DNA of 64,000 nucleotides from Myxococcota bacterium. Lineage in GTDB: Bacteria; Myxococcota_A; UBA9160; UBA4427. Below the pieces are notes generated by a model that was given only the letters and a program-made list of their open reading frames with translations, was not told the origin of the DNA and did no database searches. Positions 1 through 9,416 of this stretch are shown here, one piece after another. Numbering within the stretch: the first letter of the stretch is position 1; each line of letters begins with the position of its first letter. The position numbers were made by a program, and so were the translations under genes. The DNA lies in NCBI GenBank assembly GCA_965250285.1, contig OZ252299.1, forward strand, positions 3,744,001-3,808,000, written 5' to 3'.

Positions 1-80
1 CGCGATCGGCCGAAGACGAAGCGCCGAACGCGCTGTGGAACCGACGGTGCAGGGTCGCGGCCGAACTGAACCCACACTCG

Positions 81-305
81 ATGGCCGACGTCATCTGGAC
101 GGTGAAGGCGCACCGACTCGACGAGGCGGGTTACCCGTTCGCAGCGTCGTTCCCGTGGCTCCGCGCCTGGTTCGATCGCGCGCGGTCTCGGAACAGCGAC
201 CGCGAGGCGATCGGCCGAGACCTCGGTGCGGCTTCGCGCTTCATGCGCGTGCGGGGAGCCGTGCAGAACATGCTCGGCCGCGGGCTGCGCAGCGCGGCGG
301 GCTGA
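81..305 (+). CDS. Possible C-terminal part or remnant of a glutathione S-transferase-like protein
   Basis: SMADVIW...RL..AGYPF..FPWLRAWFDR resembles a GST C-terminal domain; the frame is open back to the window start but the upstream part does not look GST-like. Confidence 0.35.
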   Translation: MADVIWTVKAHRLDEAGYPFAASFPWLRAWFDRARSRNSDREAIGRDLGAASRFMRVRGAVQNMLGRGLRSAAG

Positions 306-382
306 GCGAGAGGCCACGGCCCCGAGACGCCGCGCAGCGGGGTGCGCGGGTGGGCTTGCTTCGGCGCGCGTCCTGTGATTCA

Positions 383-400
383 TTCAACCATATGGTTGAA
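383..400. promoter_or_regulatory. Perfect 18-bp palindrome, probable ArsR autoregulatory operator
   Basis: TTCAACCAT/ATGGTTGAA, overlapping the ATG at 392. Confidence 0.75.
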
Positions 401-733
401 CATTCGACGGTTCTCGATCGCACCTTCGCTGCGCTCTCCGACCCGACGCGGCGCGCGATCCTGTCTCGGCTTCGCGCGGGTCCGTGCACGGTCAGCACGT
501 TGGCCGAGCCCTTCGACATCAGCCTGGCCGCGGTCTCGAAGCACCTGCGCGCGCTCGAGCGTGCGGGCCTGGTCGCCCGGGCCGTCGAAGGGCGCGAGCA
601 CCACCTCTCTCTCGATGCGAACCCGCTGCGCGCCGCGGCCGAGTGGACGGCCGAGTACCGCGACTTCTGGTCGGATCGACTCGACGCCCTCGAGGCCATG
701 CTCGAGCAGACCGATCCGCGAAGGAGTCGCTGA
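392..733 (+). CDS. ArsR/SmtB family transcriptional regulator
   Basis: FAALSDPTRRAIL...SLAAVSKHLRALERAGLV winged HTH; stop overlaps the next start (TGATG). Confidence 0.92.
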   Translation: MVEHSTVLDRTFAALSDPTRRAILSRLRAGPCTVSTLAEPFDISLAAVSKHLRALERAGLVARAVEGREHHLSLDANPLRAAAEWTAEYRDFWSDRLDALEAMLEQTDPRRSR

Positions 734-1167
734 TGGCGCGCCCCCCGCTCGTCTTCGAACGCATCCTGCCGGCCCCGCCCGACGTGGTGTTTCGGCACTG
801 GAGCGACCCCGAGCACCTGTCGAAGTGGATGCGCCCCGAGCCGACGATGAGCGAAGCCAAGGTCGAGGTCGACTTTCGTGTGGGCGGGCACTTTCGCATC
901 ACGATGGTGGGTGAGCAGGAGTACACGCAGCACGGCGAGTACCTCGAGATCGAACCCGACGCGCGCATCGTCTTCAGCTGGGTCTCCGAGTGGATGCCGC
1001 CCGGCGAGCAATCAACCCGGGTCAGCGTGTCGCTCTCGCCGGTGGGCGACAGCGAGACCCGACTCGAGCTCGTGCACGAGGCGCTGCCCGACGGCGACGC
1101 CTACGCCGGCCACGAAGGAGGCTGGAATCACATCCTCGACGATCTGGCCAAGCACCTCGTCGACTGA
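733..1167 (+). CDS. SRPBCC/AHSA1-like domain protein
   Basis: ERILPAPPDVVFRHWSDPEHLSKW, DFRVGG, GEYLEIEP, HEGGWNHILD. Confidence 0.9.
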   Translation: MARPPLVFERILPAPPDVVFRHWSDPEHLSKWMRPEPTMSEAKVEVDFRVGGHFRITMVGEQEYTQHGEYLEIEPDARIVFSWVSEWMPPGEQSTRVSVSLSPVGDSETRLELVHEALPDGDAYAGHEGGWNHILDDLAKHLVD

Positions 1168-1188
1168 GCATCGATCGGAGACACGACC

Positions 1189-1827
1189 ATGAGCCAAGCG
1201 ACCGACCTCGATCTACGCGAAGCGCTCCGCCAGGCAGAGGTCGCACTGCGCGATCAGCGCGAACGCGTCGCCGAGCTGCGCCGCGCGCTGCCCCGTGACA
1301 CCCCGACCGAGGACTACGTGTTCGAAGAGCGCGTCGGCGACGACGTGCGCACCGTTCGGCTCTCGGAGCTGTTCTCGGGTGATGCCAAGCCGGTCGTGTT
1401 GATGCACTTCATGTACGGCAAGGCCCAGACCTCGCCCTGCCCGATGTGCACGATGTGGGCCGACGGGTACGTCGGCGCCGTGCCGCACCTGTCGCGACGC
1501 ATCGACTTCGCCATCCTCGTGGCCGGCGACCTCGACGGCTTTCACGCCCACGCTGCGCGGCGTGGCTGGCAGGGCGTGCGGATCCTCTCGGCGGCCGACA
1601 GCACGATCAAGCGCGAGCTCGGCTTCGAGAACGAGGCCGGGGGCCAGATGCCGGGCGTGTCGGTCTTCGAGCGCGACGAGTCGGGAAAGCTCACGCACTT
1701 CTACTCGGTCTGCGCGTTCGGTCCCGACGGTGGTCGCATGATGGATCTGCTCTCGCCGGTCTGGAACTTCCTCGACCTGACGCCCGAGGGCCGAGGCGAC
1801 TTCATGCCGAGCCTGCAGTACGACTGA
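1189..1827 (+). CDS. DUF899 family thioredoxin-like protein
   Basis: RERVAELRRALP, HFMYG..SPCPMCTMWADG, LWN-like VWNFLDLTPEGR; RBS GGAG. Confidence 0.88.
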   Translation: MSQATDLDLREALRQAEVALRDQRERVAELRRALPRDTPTEDYVFEERVGDDVRTVRLSELFSGDAKPVVLMHFMYGKAQTSPCPMCTMWADGYVGAVPHLSRRIDFAILVAGDLDGFHAHAARRGWQGVRILSAADSTIKRELGFENEAGGQMPGVSVFERDESGKLTHFYSVCAFGPDGGRMMDLLSPVWNFLDLTPEGRGDFMPSLQYD

Positions 1828-2318
1828 GCCTCTGATCCGGGTGCCTGCGCTTGCAAGCGCGCGGCAGCCCGCCGTGAGAAAGCAAGATCCCGCCCCGCGG
1901 AGATCGCGGAGTGAGCTCGCATGCTTCGTTCGCGAGTCGATCCTGCGACGTGCCGATGAAGTCGATCCCGGACGAAAGCGCGCAGGATCATGCACACCCG
2001 GCGGGGGATACGGAGCATCGAGAGGGCTCTCCCCCTCACCCGAACGAGCAGCCGCGTGAGCGCGACGACGAGGATCGTTGCGAGGCCGCGCGAGAAACGG
2101 ACGGATGCGAACCGCTCGAATTCGTCGGGCACGGTGTCATCCAAGCGCAACCCTTCACGCACGCTTCGATGCAGCGGGCCGCAGCGAAGCGCCGTGCCTC
2201 GGGCGACGGTCGATGCTACGTGTCGGCCGCCGCCGACCGCATGATCGCATCTCGCGAGACGAGAGCGCTCTCAGGCCGGTCCTAAACCTGCACCGCCCGA
2301 GACTGAATTGGGGTTATC

Positions 2319-3311
2319 ATGACCCCGTCTCAGAATCGGTACGGCCAGGGCTCGACGCGGAGAGGGATCGGCATGATGAGCAGGGTGGTTCCTGCGTGGC
2401 TCCGCCGGCGTTCTGAAGCCTTCTTGACGCGTCTTCAGCCCCGTTTCGACGCCATTGGCAGTCCGCTCTTCCGCATCGCTTCCGACGACTTCAATCGTCG
2501 CCCGAGCGCAGAGGCCGTCAGAGCATCCGACACACCGTCCATCGAATCGACCCTCGAACGTCTCGATGCACGCGGCGCCTCGATGTGGGTCGTCACGACG
2601 TTCGATCGGCCCGAAGCGTGTGGAAGGGTGATCGACGGGCTCCGCCGCAGTGCGCCGTCGCTCGACGAGAAGCCTCTGGTCGTCGTCATCTGCGACGCAT
2701 GTGATGCGGACTACGGGGACGTGCGCAACTCGCTGCAGCGGGGATTCGGCGAGCGCGGTGTCTTCATCGAAGCCACACGGCACCTCGGGAAGAAGGAATT
2801 CTGGCGGATCCACCAGCTCATCTTCGATCTGGTGCGCGTGTATCGGCCATCGTCGGTGCTTCAGCTGCAAGACGACGTCGAGCTGATTCCAGGCGGGCTC
2901 GAGAGCGCGCGTGCGATCCTCGATCATCTCGGCGAGCCCGCCGTGGCTGCGCTCTCGCTGTTTCCGGGCGCCGAAGATGATCCCGCTGGACGTTGGATCC
3001 GATTCGAGCGCGAAGCGACCCCGTGTGGACGGGCCTGGCTCACGCAGTGGCTGGATCTGCCCGGCTTTCTGGCGACCCCCAGATTCTTCGAGGCGCTCGA
3101 GTACCGACTGCGCCCGATTCACGCTCTGCGCTGGGCGTTCGACTCGACCAAATCGAGCGGAGTGGGGCGCCAGATCACCCGCCGCCTGCGTGCCCACGAC
3201 GTGGGGTTGTATCAGGTGGTCCGGCCCCTCGTCCTGCACGGCAGCGAGCCGAGCCGAATGAACCCGGAGGCGCGCTCGCTGCGGCCGATGAACAATCGCG
3301 CGGACGCGTAG
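2319..3311 (+). CDS. Hypothetical protein, possibly GT-A glycosyltransferase-like
   Basis: 330-aa ORF with VVTTFDRP, VVICDAC and LQDD motifs reminiscent of the GT-A fold; start uncertain (2319 or 2373). Confidence 0.55.
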   Translation: MTPSQNRYGQGSTRRGIGMMSRVVPAWLRRRSEAFLTRLQPRFDAIGSPLFRIASDDFNRRPSAEAVRASDTPSIESTLERLDARGASMWVVTTFDRPEACGRVIDGLRRSAPSLDEKPLVVVICDACDADYGDVRNSLQRGFGERGVFIEATRHLGKKEFWRIHQLIFDLVRVYRPSSVLQLQDDVELIPGGLESARAILDHLGEPAVAALSLFPGAEDDPAGRWIRFEREATPCGRAWLTQWLDLPGFLATPRFFEALEYRLRPIHALRWAFDSTKSSGVGRQITRRLRAHDVGLYQVVRPLVLHGSEPSRMNPEARSLRPMNNRADA

Positions 3312-3470
3312 GGCTTGGCCCGAGGCTGGCCCGGCGGTCGAAGCGACCGGGCGCACAGCTCGGGCACGGTGCGCGCCCGGCCACGGCGGACCATGGGTCG
3401 CTCAAGAGGGCCTCGGGCGTCGCGCCGCAGACCGCTTGGATCTTCGCCACCCCGCATCTCGGGAGACTCG

Positions 3471-4724
3471 ATGATGAGCGATCCTGACCGCTTCGATCCC
3501 GACCGCGGCAGCGAGTACGAAGTGGTGCTCGACCGCGCTGGCACGCGCACGGCCGCACACCCGACCCGCCCCGAGATCAGGCTTCTCGACCCCGAGTTCT
3601 ATGTCGACCCCGAGCCGCTCTTCGCGTGGATGCGCAGCAAAGCGCCCGTCTACTGGGACGACGCCACCGGCATCTGGGGCATCACCCGCTACGCCGACAT
3701 CATGACCGTCTCGCGCGACGCGGCGACGTTCTGCTCGGGCCAGGGGTCGCGGCCCGAGTCGTCGGTGCCGAGCATGATCAACACCGATCCCCCCGATCAC
3801 AACCGGCGACGGGGCATCGTCTCGGCCGGCTTCACGCCGCGGCGCGTGCAGGCCCACGAGCGGTTCCTGCGGCAGAAGGTCGGCGAGCTGATCGAGGCGG
3901 TATCGAAGCGCGGGGCGTGCGACTTCGTCCGCGAGATCGCGACGCCCCTGCCGATGTGCATGATCGGCGAGCTGATGGGTCTGCCCGAAGCCGACTACGA
4001 CAAGCTGCTCGAATGGTCGGATCTCTTCGCGACCGGCGGCGACGAGATCCGCGGTGAGGTGGGCCCGGCCGTCGTCGACTACGCCGACTACATCATGGCG
4101 ATCATCGAGGCGCGCCGGGGCAGCTCGAGCGACGATCTCGTCAGCCTCGTCGTGAATGCCGAGTTCGAGGGCCAGCGCCTCACCGACCCCGACCTGATCT
4201 TCGAGACGATGCTGATCCTCGTGGGCGGCGACGAGACGACCCGCCACGTGATCTCCGGCGGCCTCGAAGCCCTGATGCGTCACCGAGATCAGTGGGATGC
4301 GCTGCGCGAAGACCGGTCGCTGTTGCCGGGTGCGATCGAAGAGATGCTGCGCTGGGCGACGCCGATCCAGAACATGAACCGCACGGCGACCCGAGACGTC
4401 GAGCTCGGCGGGCAGACGATTCGCGAGGGCGACCGACTGCTGCTGCTCTATCCGTCGGGCAACCGCGATGAAGACGTCTTCGATGATCCGGCGCGCTTCG
4501 ACATCCGACGCCAACCCAACCAGCACATGGCCTTCGGTGGCTACGGACGCCATCACTGTCTCGGTGCCCAGCTGGCGCGCCTCGAGCTCACCGTGCTCTT
4601 CGATGAGTTGCTCGACCGAATGCCCGACATCGAGCTCGCCGATCCCGGCGCGCCGCTCGTGCGCCGTCGAGGCAACTTCGTGCTCGGGCTCGAGACGCTG
4701 CCCGTCGTGTTCGGGGTCGCGTAG
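3471..4724 (+). CDS. Cytochrome P450 (CYP142/CYP125-like steroid or lipid oxidase type)
   Basis: GGDETT I-helix, EMLR (ExxR), [11 protein letters not shown] heme-Cys; RBS GGAG before ATG. Confidence 0.95.
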   Translation: MMSDPDRFDPDRGSEYEVVLDRAGTRTAAHPTRPEIRLLDPEFYVDPEPLFAWMRSKAPVYWDDATGIWGITRYADIMTVSRDAATFCSGQGSRPESSVPSMINTDPPDHNRRRGIVSAGFTPRRVQAHERFLRQKVGELIEAVSKRGACDFVREIATPLPMCMIGELMGLPEADYDKLLEWSDLFATGGDEIRGEVGPAVVDYADYIMAIIEARRGSSSDDLVSLVVNAEFEGQRLTDPDLIFETMLILVGGDETTRHVISGGLEALMRHRDQWDALREDRSLLPGAIEEMLRWATPIQNMNRTATRDVELGGQTIREGDRLLLLYPSGNRDEDVFDDPARFDIRRQPNQHMAFGGYGRHHCLGAQLARLELTVLFDELLDRMPDIELADPGAPLVRRRGNFVLGLETLPVVFGVA

Positions 4725-4875
4725 CGAGGGGCTCGGCGCGGGCGGCGGCGTCACGCGGCTTCCGAATCATCCTTCGAACGCGCTGTGGCGGACCGGGTCG
4801 GCGCCCTGCCATGATGCAGGCCTGACCGGACCCGTTTCTGGGTCACGTCCGACACGCGACCGGAATCGAACCCCC

Positions 4876-6357
4876 ATGACACTCACGCCGCAGTTCGAAG
4901 CGACCTACGCCCGACTCCCCGAGCGGTTCTTTGCTCGCCTGGCCCCGACGCCGGTCGCTGCACCGAGCCTCGTGAGGCTGAACGAGCCGCTGGCACGCGA
5001 GCTCGGCCTCGACCCCGAGCAACTCGCGTCCCCGGACGGCGTAGCGATGCTGGCGGGCAACGCCGTGCCCGAAGGCGCCGAGCCGATCGCGATGGCGTAC
5101 GCGGGGTTCCAGTTCGGCAACTGGACACCCCAGCTCGGCGATGGCCGCGCGATCCTGATCGGCGAGCGCGTCGGGGCCGACGGCGTGCGACGCGACGTCC
5201 AGCTCAAGGGCTCCGGACCGACGCCGTATTCGCGACGCGGCGACGGACGTGCCGCGCTCGGGCCGGTCCTGCGCGAGTACATCGTCAGCGAAGCGATGTG
5301 GGCGCTCGGTGTTCCGACGACCCGCTCGCTCGCGGCGGTCGCCACCGGCGAGTCGATCATGCGCGAACAGCCCGAGCCCGGCGCGGTACTGACGCGCGTG
5401 GCCGAGAGCCACGTGCGGGTCGGCACGTTTCAGCTGCTGGCGAGCCGCAGCGATGAAGAGGGGCTTCGCGCGCTCGCCGACTATGTCATCGAGCGCCACT
5501 TCCCCGAGGCGGCCGAGACCGAGCACCCCTACCTCACGATGTTCGAGACGGTGCTCGACCGGCAGGCCCGGCTCATCGCGCGCTGGCAGAGCATCGGCTT
5601 CATCCATGGCGTGATGAACACCGACAATACATCGGTCGTCGGTGAGACGATCGACTACGGCCCGTGCGCCTTCATGGACACGTTCGGCTACGACACGGTC
5701 TACAGCTCGATCGATCAGATGGGTCGCTACGCGTACGGCAATCAGCCCGCCATCGGCCAATGGAACCTGATGAGCTTCGCGAACGGCCTGCTGCCCGTGC
5801 TGGGCGCCTCGCAGGAGGAAGCAGTCGAACGCGCTCAGGGGGTGCTCGACCTGTACCCAGCCCGCTTCGACGCGGCGTATCGCGCGGGGTTCGACCGCAA
5901 GCTCGGGCTGAGCGGGCGCCGCGAGGGCGACGACGCCCTCGCAGATGACCTGCTCGAGATCATGGCCGCCCAGGGTGCGGACTTCACGCTCACGTTTCGC
6001 GGTCTCGGCGAGCTCGTCGAAGGCGCCGAGGGCCCCGACGAGGTCGTTCGCTCGCTCTTCGACGACCCTGCGGCGTTCGATGCGTGGGCCACGCGTTGGC
6101 GCGCGCGCCTCTCCGACGAGGCACGATCTTCGACCGAGATTCGGCGCGACATGGATGCCGTGAACCCCGTCTACATCCCGCGCAATCATCGCGTCGAAGA
6201 GGCAATTCGCGGCGCCGTCGACCGCGCTGACCTCGGCCCGTTCGAAGATCTCATCGCGGTGCTGTCGAAACCGTACGAGCGACAGCCCGGTCGCGAGCGG
6301 TACGAAGCGCCGCCGCGCCCCGACGAGGTGGTGCACGCGACCTTCTGCGGCACCTGA
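4876..6357 (+). CDS. selO: Protein adenylyltransferase SelO/YdiU
   Basis: [51 protein letters not shown]-terminal TFCGT. Confidence 0.96.
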   Translation: MTLTPQFEATYARLPERFFARLAPTPVAAPSLVRLNEPLARELGLDPEQLASPDGVAMLAGNAVPEGAEPIAMAYAGFQFGNWTPQLGDGRAILIGERVGADGVRRDVQLKGSGPTPYSRRGDGRAALGPVLREYIVSEAMWALGVPTTRSLAAVATGESIMREQPEPGAVLTRVAESHVRVGTFQLLASRSDEEGLRALADYVIERHFPEAAETEHPYLTMFETVLDRQARLIARWQSIGFIHGVMNTDNTSVVGETIDYGPCAFMDTFGYDTVYSSIDQMGRYAYGNQPAIGQWNLMSFANGLLPVLGASQEEAVERAQGVLDLYPARFDAAYRAGFDRKLGLSGRREGDDALADDLLEIMAAQGADFTLTFRGLGELVEGAEGPDEVVRSLFDDPAAFDAWATRWRARLSDEARSSTEIRRDMDAVNPVYIPRNHRVEEAIRGAVDRADLGPFEDLIAVLSKPYERQPGRERYEAPPRPDEVVHATFCGT

Positions 6358-6682
6358 TCCCGAGCTTCTGACCAAACGCATACGCAGCGCGCATGCATGC
6401 TCTGCGCCTTCGGGCGAAACGGCACGCGTGCACACGCGATTCGAGCGGGGTCGTGAGCGGATGCGCACACGCGCACGACACGGAAAGCGCCCGGGTCAGC
6501 CCGCGAATCGTGATAGGCTCACGAGCGACGAATCGCCCCGCGGCATGGACCAGGTCGTCGGGTGCCCCATGACACGCAAGCGTCTTGGTGAGACCAACTT
6601 CGGTTGGCCGCCCCTCGCTTGCGTGCATGCAGCCAGCAGGAAGAAGCAGAAGATGCAGTCGATCCCGAGCAAGACGTGGAAC

Positions 6683-7222
6683 ATGCGAGCCGCCGTCCTC
6701 ATTCTGATGCTGGCCGGGTCGGCGGGCCTCACTTCGACGGCCGAGGCGTTCCCATCGATCCGCAACGCCTGGAAGGCGCAGTACCCCGGCTCGACCACCG
6801 ATGACAACGTGCAGGCGGGCACCGGCGCCGAGTGCCAGATCTGCCACCGCTTACCGGGGGGAGGCAACGGCTGGAACCCGTACGGCTGGCAGGTGCGCCA
6901 GGGCGTCGTCGGGAGCGGCCTTTCCGCGACCGATGCGATCATCGCGGCCGAGGTCTTCGACTCGGATCTCGATCCGACCGGCTCGACGAACATCGCCGAG
7001 ATCAACGCGGGCACTCAACCCGGGTGGACTCCGGGGGCGAGCAACACGATCTTCTTCAAGAACGGAACGACGCTCGTTGCGCAGTCCCCGCCCCCGATCG
7101 CCGGTGACCTCGATCCGACGGCGACGCCCGTGCCGATCGCCGGCCCGTGGGCGCAGGGCCTTCTCGTGCTCGCGATGGGGCTGCTCGGCTCGGTCGCGCT
7201 GCGACGTCGGCGAGTGGCGTAG
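6683..7222 (+). CDS. Exported monoheme (CxxCH) protein with a C-terminal IPTL/PEP-CTERM-like sorting tail
   Basis: Signal peptide ending AEA, CQICH, tail PVPIAGPW + hydrophobic helix + RRRR; start could also be 6653. Confidence 0.75.
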   Translation: MRAAVLILMLAGSAGLTSTAEAFPSIRNAWKAQYPGSTTDDNVQAGTGAECQICHRLPGGGNGWNPYGWQVRQGVVGSGLSATDAIIAAEVFDSDLDPTGSTNIAEINAGTQPGWTPGASNTIFFKNGTTLVAQSPPPIAGDLDPTATPVPIAGPWAQGLLVLAMGLLGSVALRRRRVA

Positions 7223-7237
7223 TCACCGACGCCGGGC

Positions 7238-9265
7238 TCAGCCCGGCGGATCGATCCAGATCGGCGACGACCAGGCGCGTTCGCGAATCGTCGCGGGCAC
7301 GCGCGGGTCGGGATCGCGCCCGAGCCGAATCGCATCGTACGTCGACCAGCGGCACGTCGGATTCTGCAAGACGCGAACGTAATAGAAGGCGCCTCGACTC
7401 GGGTCGTAGTCTTCATCCTGCCAGGCGGCCATCAGCTCACCGGCGCCGAGGCCAGCCTGCGGGCGGCAGTTCGCGAGATCGACCGAGGCGCCGTTGTCGG
7501 GGCATCGACGCGTCACGGGGTCGACCTCGAGCCCATCCGAACAGACGACGTCCTGCACCGACTCGTGCGTCTCGCCCGCCTCGTCGATCCACCCCTTCAC
7601 GACCTGAACGCGTTGCAAGGGTGCGCTCATCCAGTCGGCACCGGCCCAGACGAAGAAGGTCGGGCTCTCGTCGCCGACCTGGTTGAGCCGCAAGACACCG
7701 CCCATCGGAACCCCGCCATTGGTGGCGACGGCGACGGGCTCGCTCTCGCCGACGATCGACTCGTCGAAACCGAAGCCCGCGAAGAACCGCAGCGTGATGC
7801 GGGGACCGGATGTGGCGTAGGCTTCGCGGCGCTTCATGCCTTCGAAGATCGAGTCGCGGGTGTTCTCTTCGGCCCAGACCGCAGCGAGCCCGCCCGAACC
7901 GTGATCTTGCAGGATGCCCTGGTGCGGCTTCGCACCCGGCTGCGTGCGCAGCCTCCGCACCGCCGGTGAACCGACGGCGCCGACCTTGCCCGTGAAGTCC
8001 CACTCCTCGGCGTCCCCGGGGTTCGAGTTGTGGGCGTCGGTCGCGGCGACGAAGCCGAAAGCGAGGGGGTTGAAGCCGAGCTCGCGATCGAGCTGCATCC
8101 CGATCTTGAGACCCTGTCGGGCGAACGACGACTCGAAGGCGCAGCCTGAATCCTGCCCCGGCTCGCAGGGCTCGAGCACCTGCTCGAACGCGCACTCTTC
8201 GTCGGTCGCCCCGACACCGAGTGCGCACTCGGAGGCGCCCTTCACCTGATACATCTCGGCCAGAGGTTCATGCCGCTTGCGCAAGCGCCAGGCATCACTG
8301 TCATACGCTCCGCCGTCCCACGTATGGCGGCTGTAGAAGAGACCCCACCCCTTGTTCATGTTGTGCGGAATCGTCAGGAAATCGCAGTCACCGGTGCACG
8401 CCGCCTCGAGCCCGCGCCACAGCTCGACGGCATTGGGGACGTCCTGGGACGAGATCGCACGTTCGGGCAGCGCATCGCCGTTGAAGATCACGTTGCGATG
8501 GTGCTTGCCCGCGCCGTCGAGGACGGGCGAGAACTCGTAGGCCGCAAATGTGGTGAACACGCCGGGCTCGTTGTGCTCGTCGGCGAGCGACTTGTAGCGT
8601 GCCCAATCCGAGCGGCTGTCGCGCACGCATCGCTCCATCCCGCCCTCTCCCCGAGTGCAGATGGGGAACGCGGCCAGCGAACGCGGTGTGCGGGATCGAT
8701 TCTGATACACGCCGGCCGGCACACTCGGATCGGGCGCGAAGTCGCCCCCCCGGCTTTGGCGCTGCATTAGGAAGAAGGCGGTCATCCAACCCGGCGTCTC
8801 CATGAGCCAGCAGTTGACCTGCTCGAGCAGCGTGGTGTCGTCGTCACCGCATCGCGTGCGCAGGCCGAAGCCCTCGGCGTGGTCGGTGATCGCGACGAAG
8901 TCGAGGGGCCGCGAGAGCTGCATGAGCTCCCCGCCCGCGCTGCGTAGGGGCTCGCCCCGCGCGAACGCGTAGGCATCTTCGACGCTGGCCGTCGTGCCGA
9001 AGAGCACGGCGTCGAGGCTCTCGACCGTGTGCACGTGCACCTCGCCCCAATAGACGTTCTTGAGCTCGTCGTAGGGTCGGGGCTCGAGCACCTCGGGTGT
9101 CGGGATCTCGATCCGGCTGTCGTCCTGCAGTGCGAGGTCACCCGGTGCAGTGGCGGGCACGATGGCCTGCGACAGCTCGTACACCGGCCGCAGGACGAAC
9201 CAGCCGATGATCCCCACGACGAGCAGGGTGAGTGCGCCTGCCCCGAGCACGATCCGCTTCAGCAC
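7238..9265 (-). CDS. DUF3604 domain protein (PHP-like putative metallohydrolase)
   Basis: YWGEVHVHT..SLDA, PLDFVAITDHAE, IPHN, TDAHNS, RERAWSSPIW; N-terminal TM; GTG start with GGAGG. Confidence 0.9.
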   Translation of the reverse strand: MLKRIVLGAGALTLLVVGIIGWFVLRPVYELSQAIVPATAPGDLALQDDSRIEIPTPEVLEPRPYDELKNVYWGEVHVHTVESLDAVLFGTTASVEDAYAFARGEPLRSAGGELMQLSRPLDFVAITDHAEGFGLRTRCGDDDTTLLEQVNCWLMETPGWMTAFFLMQRQSRGGDFAPDPSVPAGVYQNRSRTPRSLAAFPICTRGEGGMERCVRDSRSDWARYKSLADEHNEPGVFTTFAAYEFSPVLDGAGKHHRNVIFNGDALPERAISSQDVPNAVELWRGLEAACTGDCDFLTIPHNMNKGWGLFYSRHTWDGGAYDSDAWRLRKRHEPLAEMYQVKGASECALGVGATDEECAFEQVLEPCEPGQDSGCAFESSFARQGLKIGMQLDRELGFNPLAFGFVAATDAHNSNPGDAEEWDFTGKVGAVGSPAVRRLRTQPGAKPHQGILQDHGSGGLAAVWAEENTRDSIFEGMKRREAYATSGPRITLRFFAGFGFDESIVGESEPVAVATNGGVPMGGVLRLNQVGDESPTFFVWAGADWMSAPLQRVQVVKGWIDEAGETHESVQDVVCSDGLEVDPVTRRCPDNGASVDLANCRPQAGLGAGELMAAWQDEDYDPSRGAFYYVRVLQNPTCRWSTYDAIRLGRDPDPRVPATIRERAWSSPIWIDPPG

Positions 9266-9416
9266 CGAAGACGCCCTCCTCCGCGACGTCCTCCTCGCCA
9301 GACACGGCTCGGGGCGACGCGAACGGTGACCACGCGATGCGTTCACATATCACATCTGACGATGTCATCGGCGCCGAACTCGCGCCGTCGCTGCTTCGGA
9401 ACGAGGGCGAGGCCCC

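Noticed and set aside
1828..2318. Several 70-150 aa ORFs in the gap after DUF899
   Set aside because: No recognisable motifs or convincing RBS and codon bias
6346..6357. SelO ends C-G-T-TGA, which could read as a CxxU motif like eukaryotic SelO
   Set aside because: TFCGT is a usual bacterial SelO C-terminus, the downstream frame looks non-coding, and the nearest clear hairpin (CGCC-TTCG-GGCG) is about 50 nt away
6358..6650. Intergenic region with a UUCG hairpin and imperfect inverted repeats, possible riboswitch or ncRNA
   Set aside because: No riboswitch consensus I can recognise; an Rfam/Infernal search would be needed
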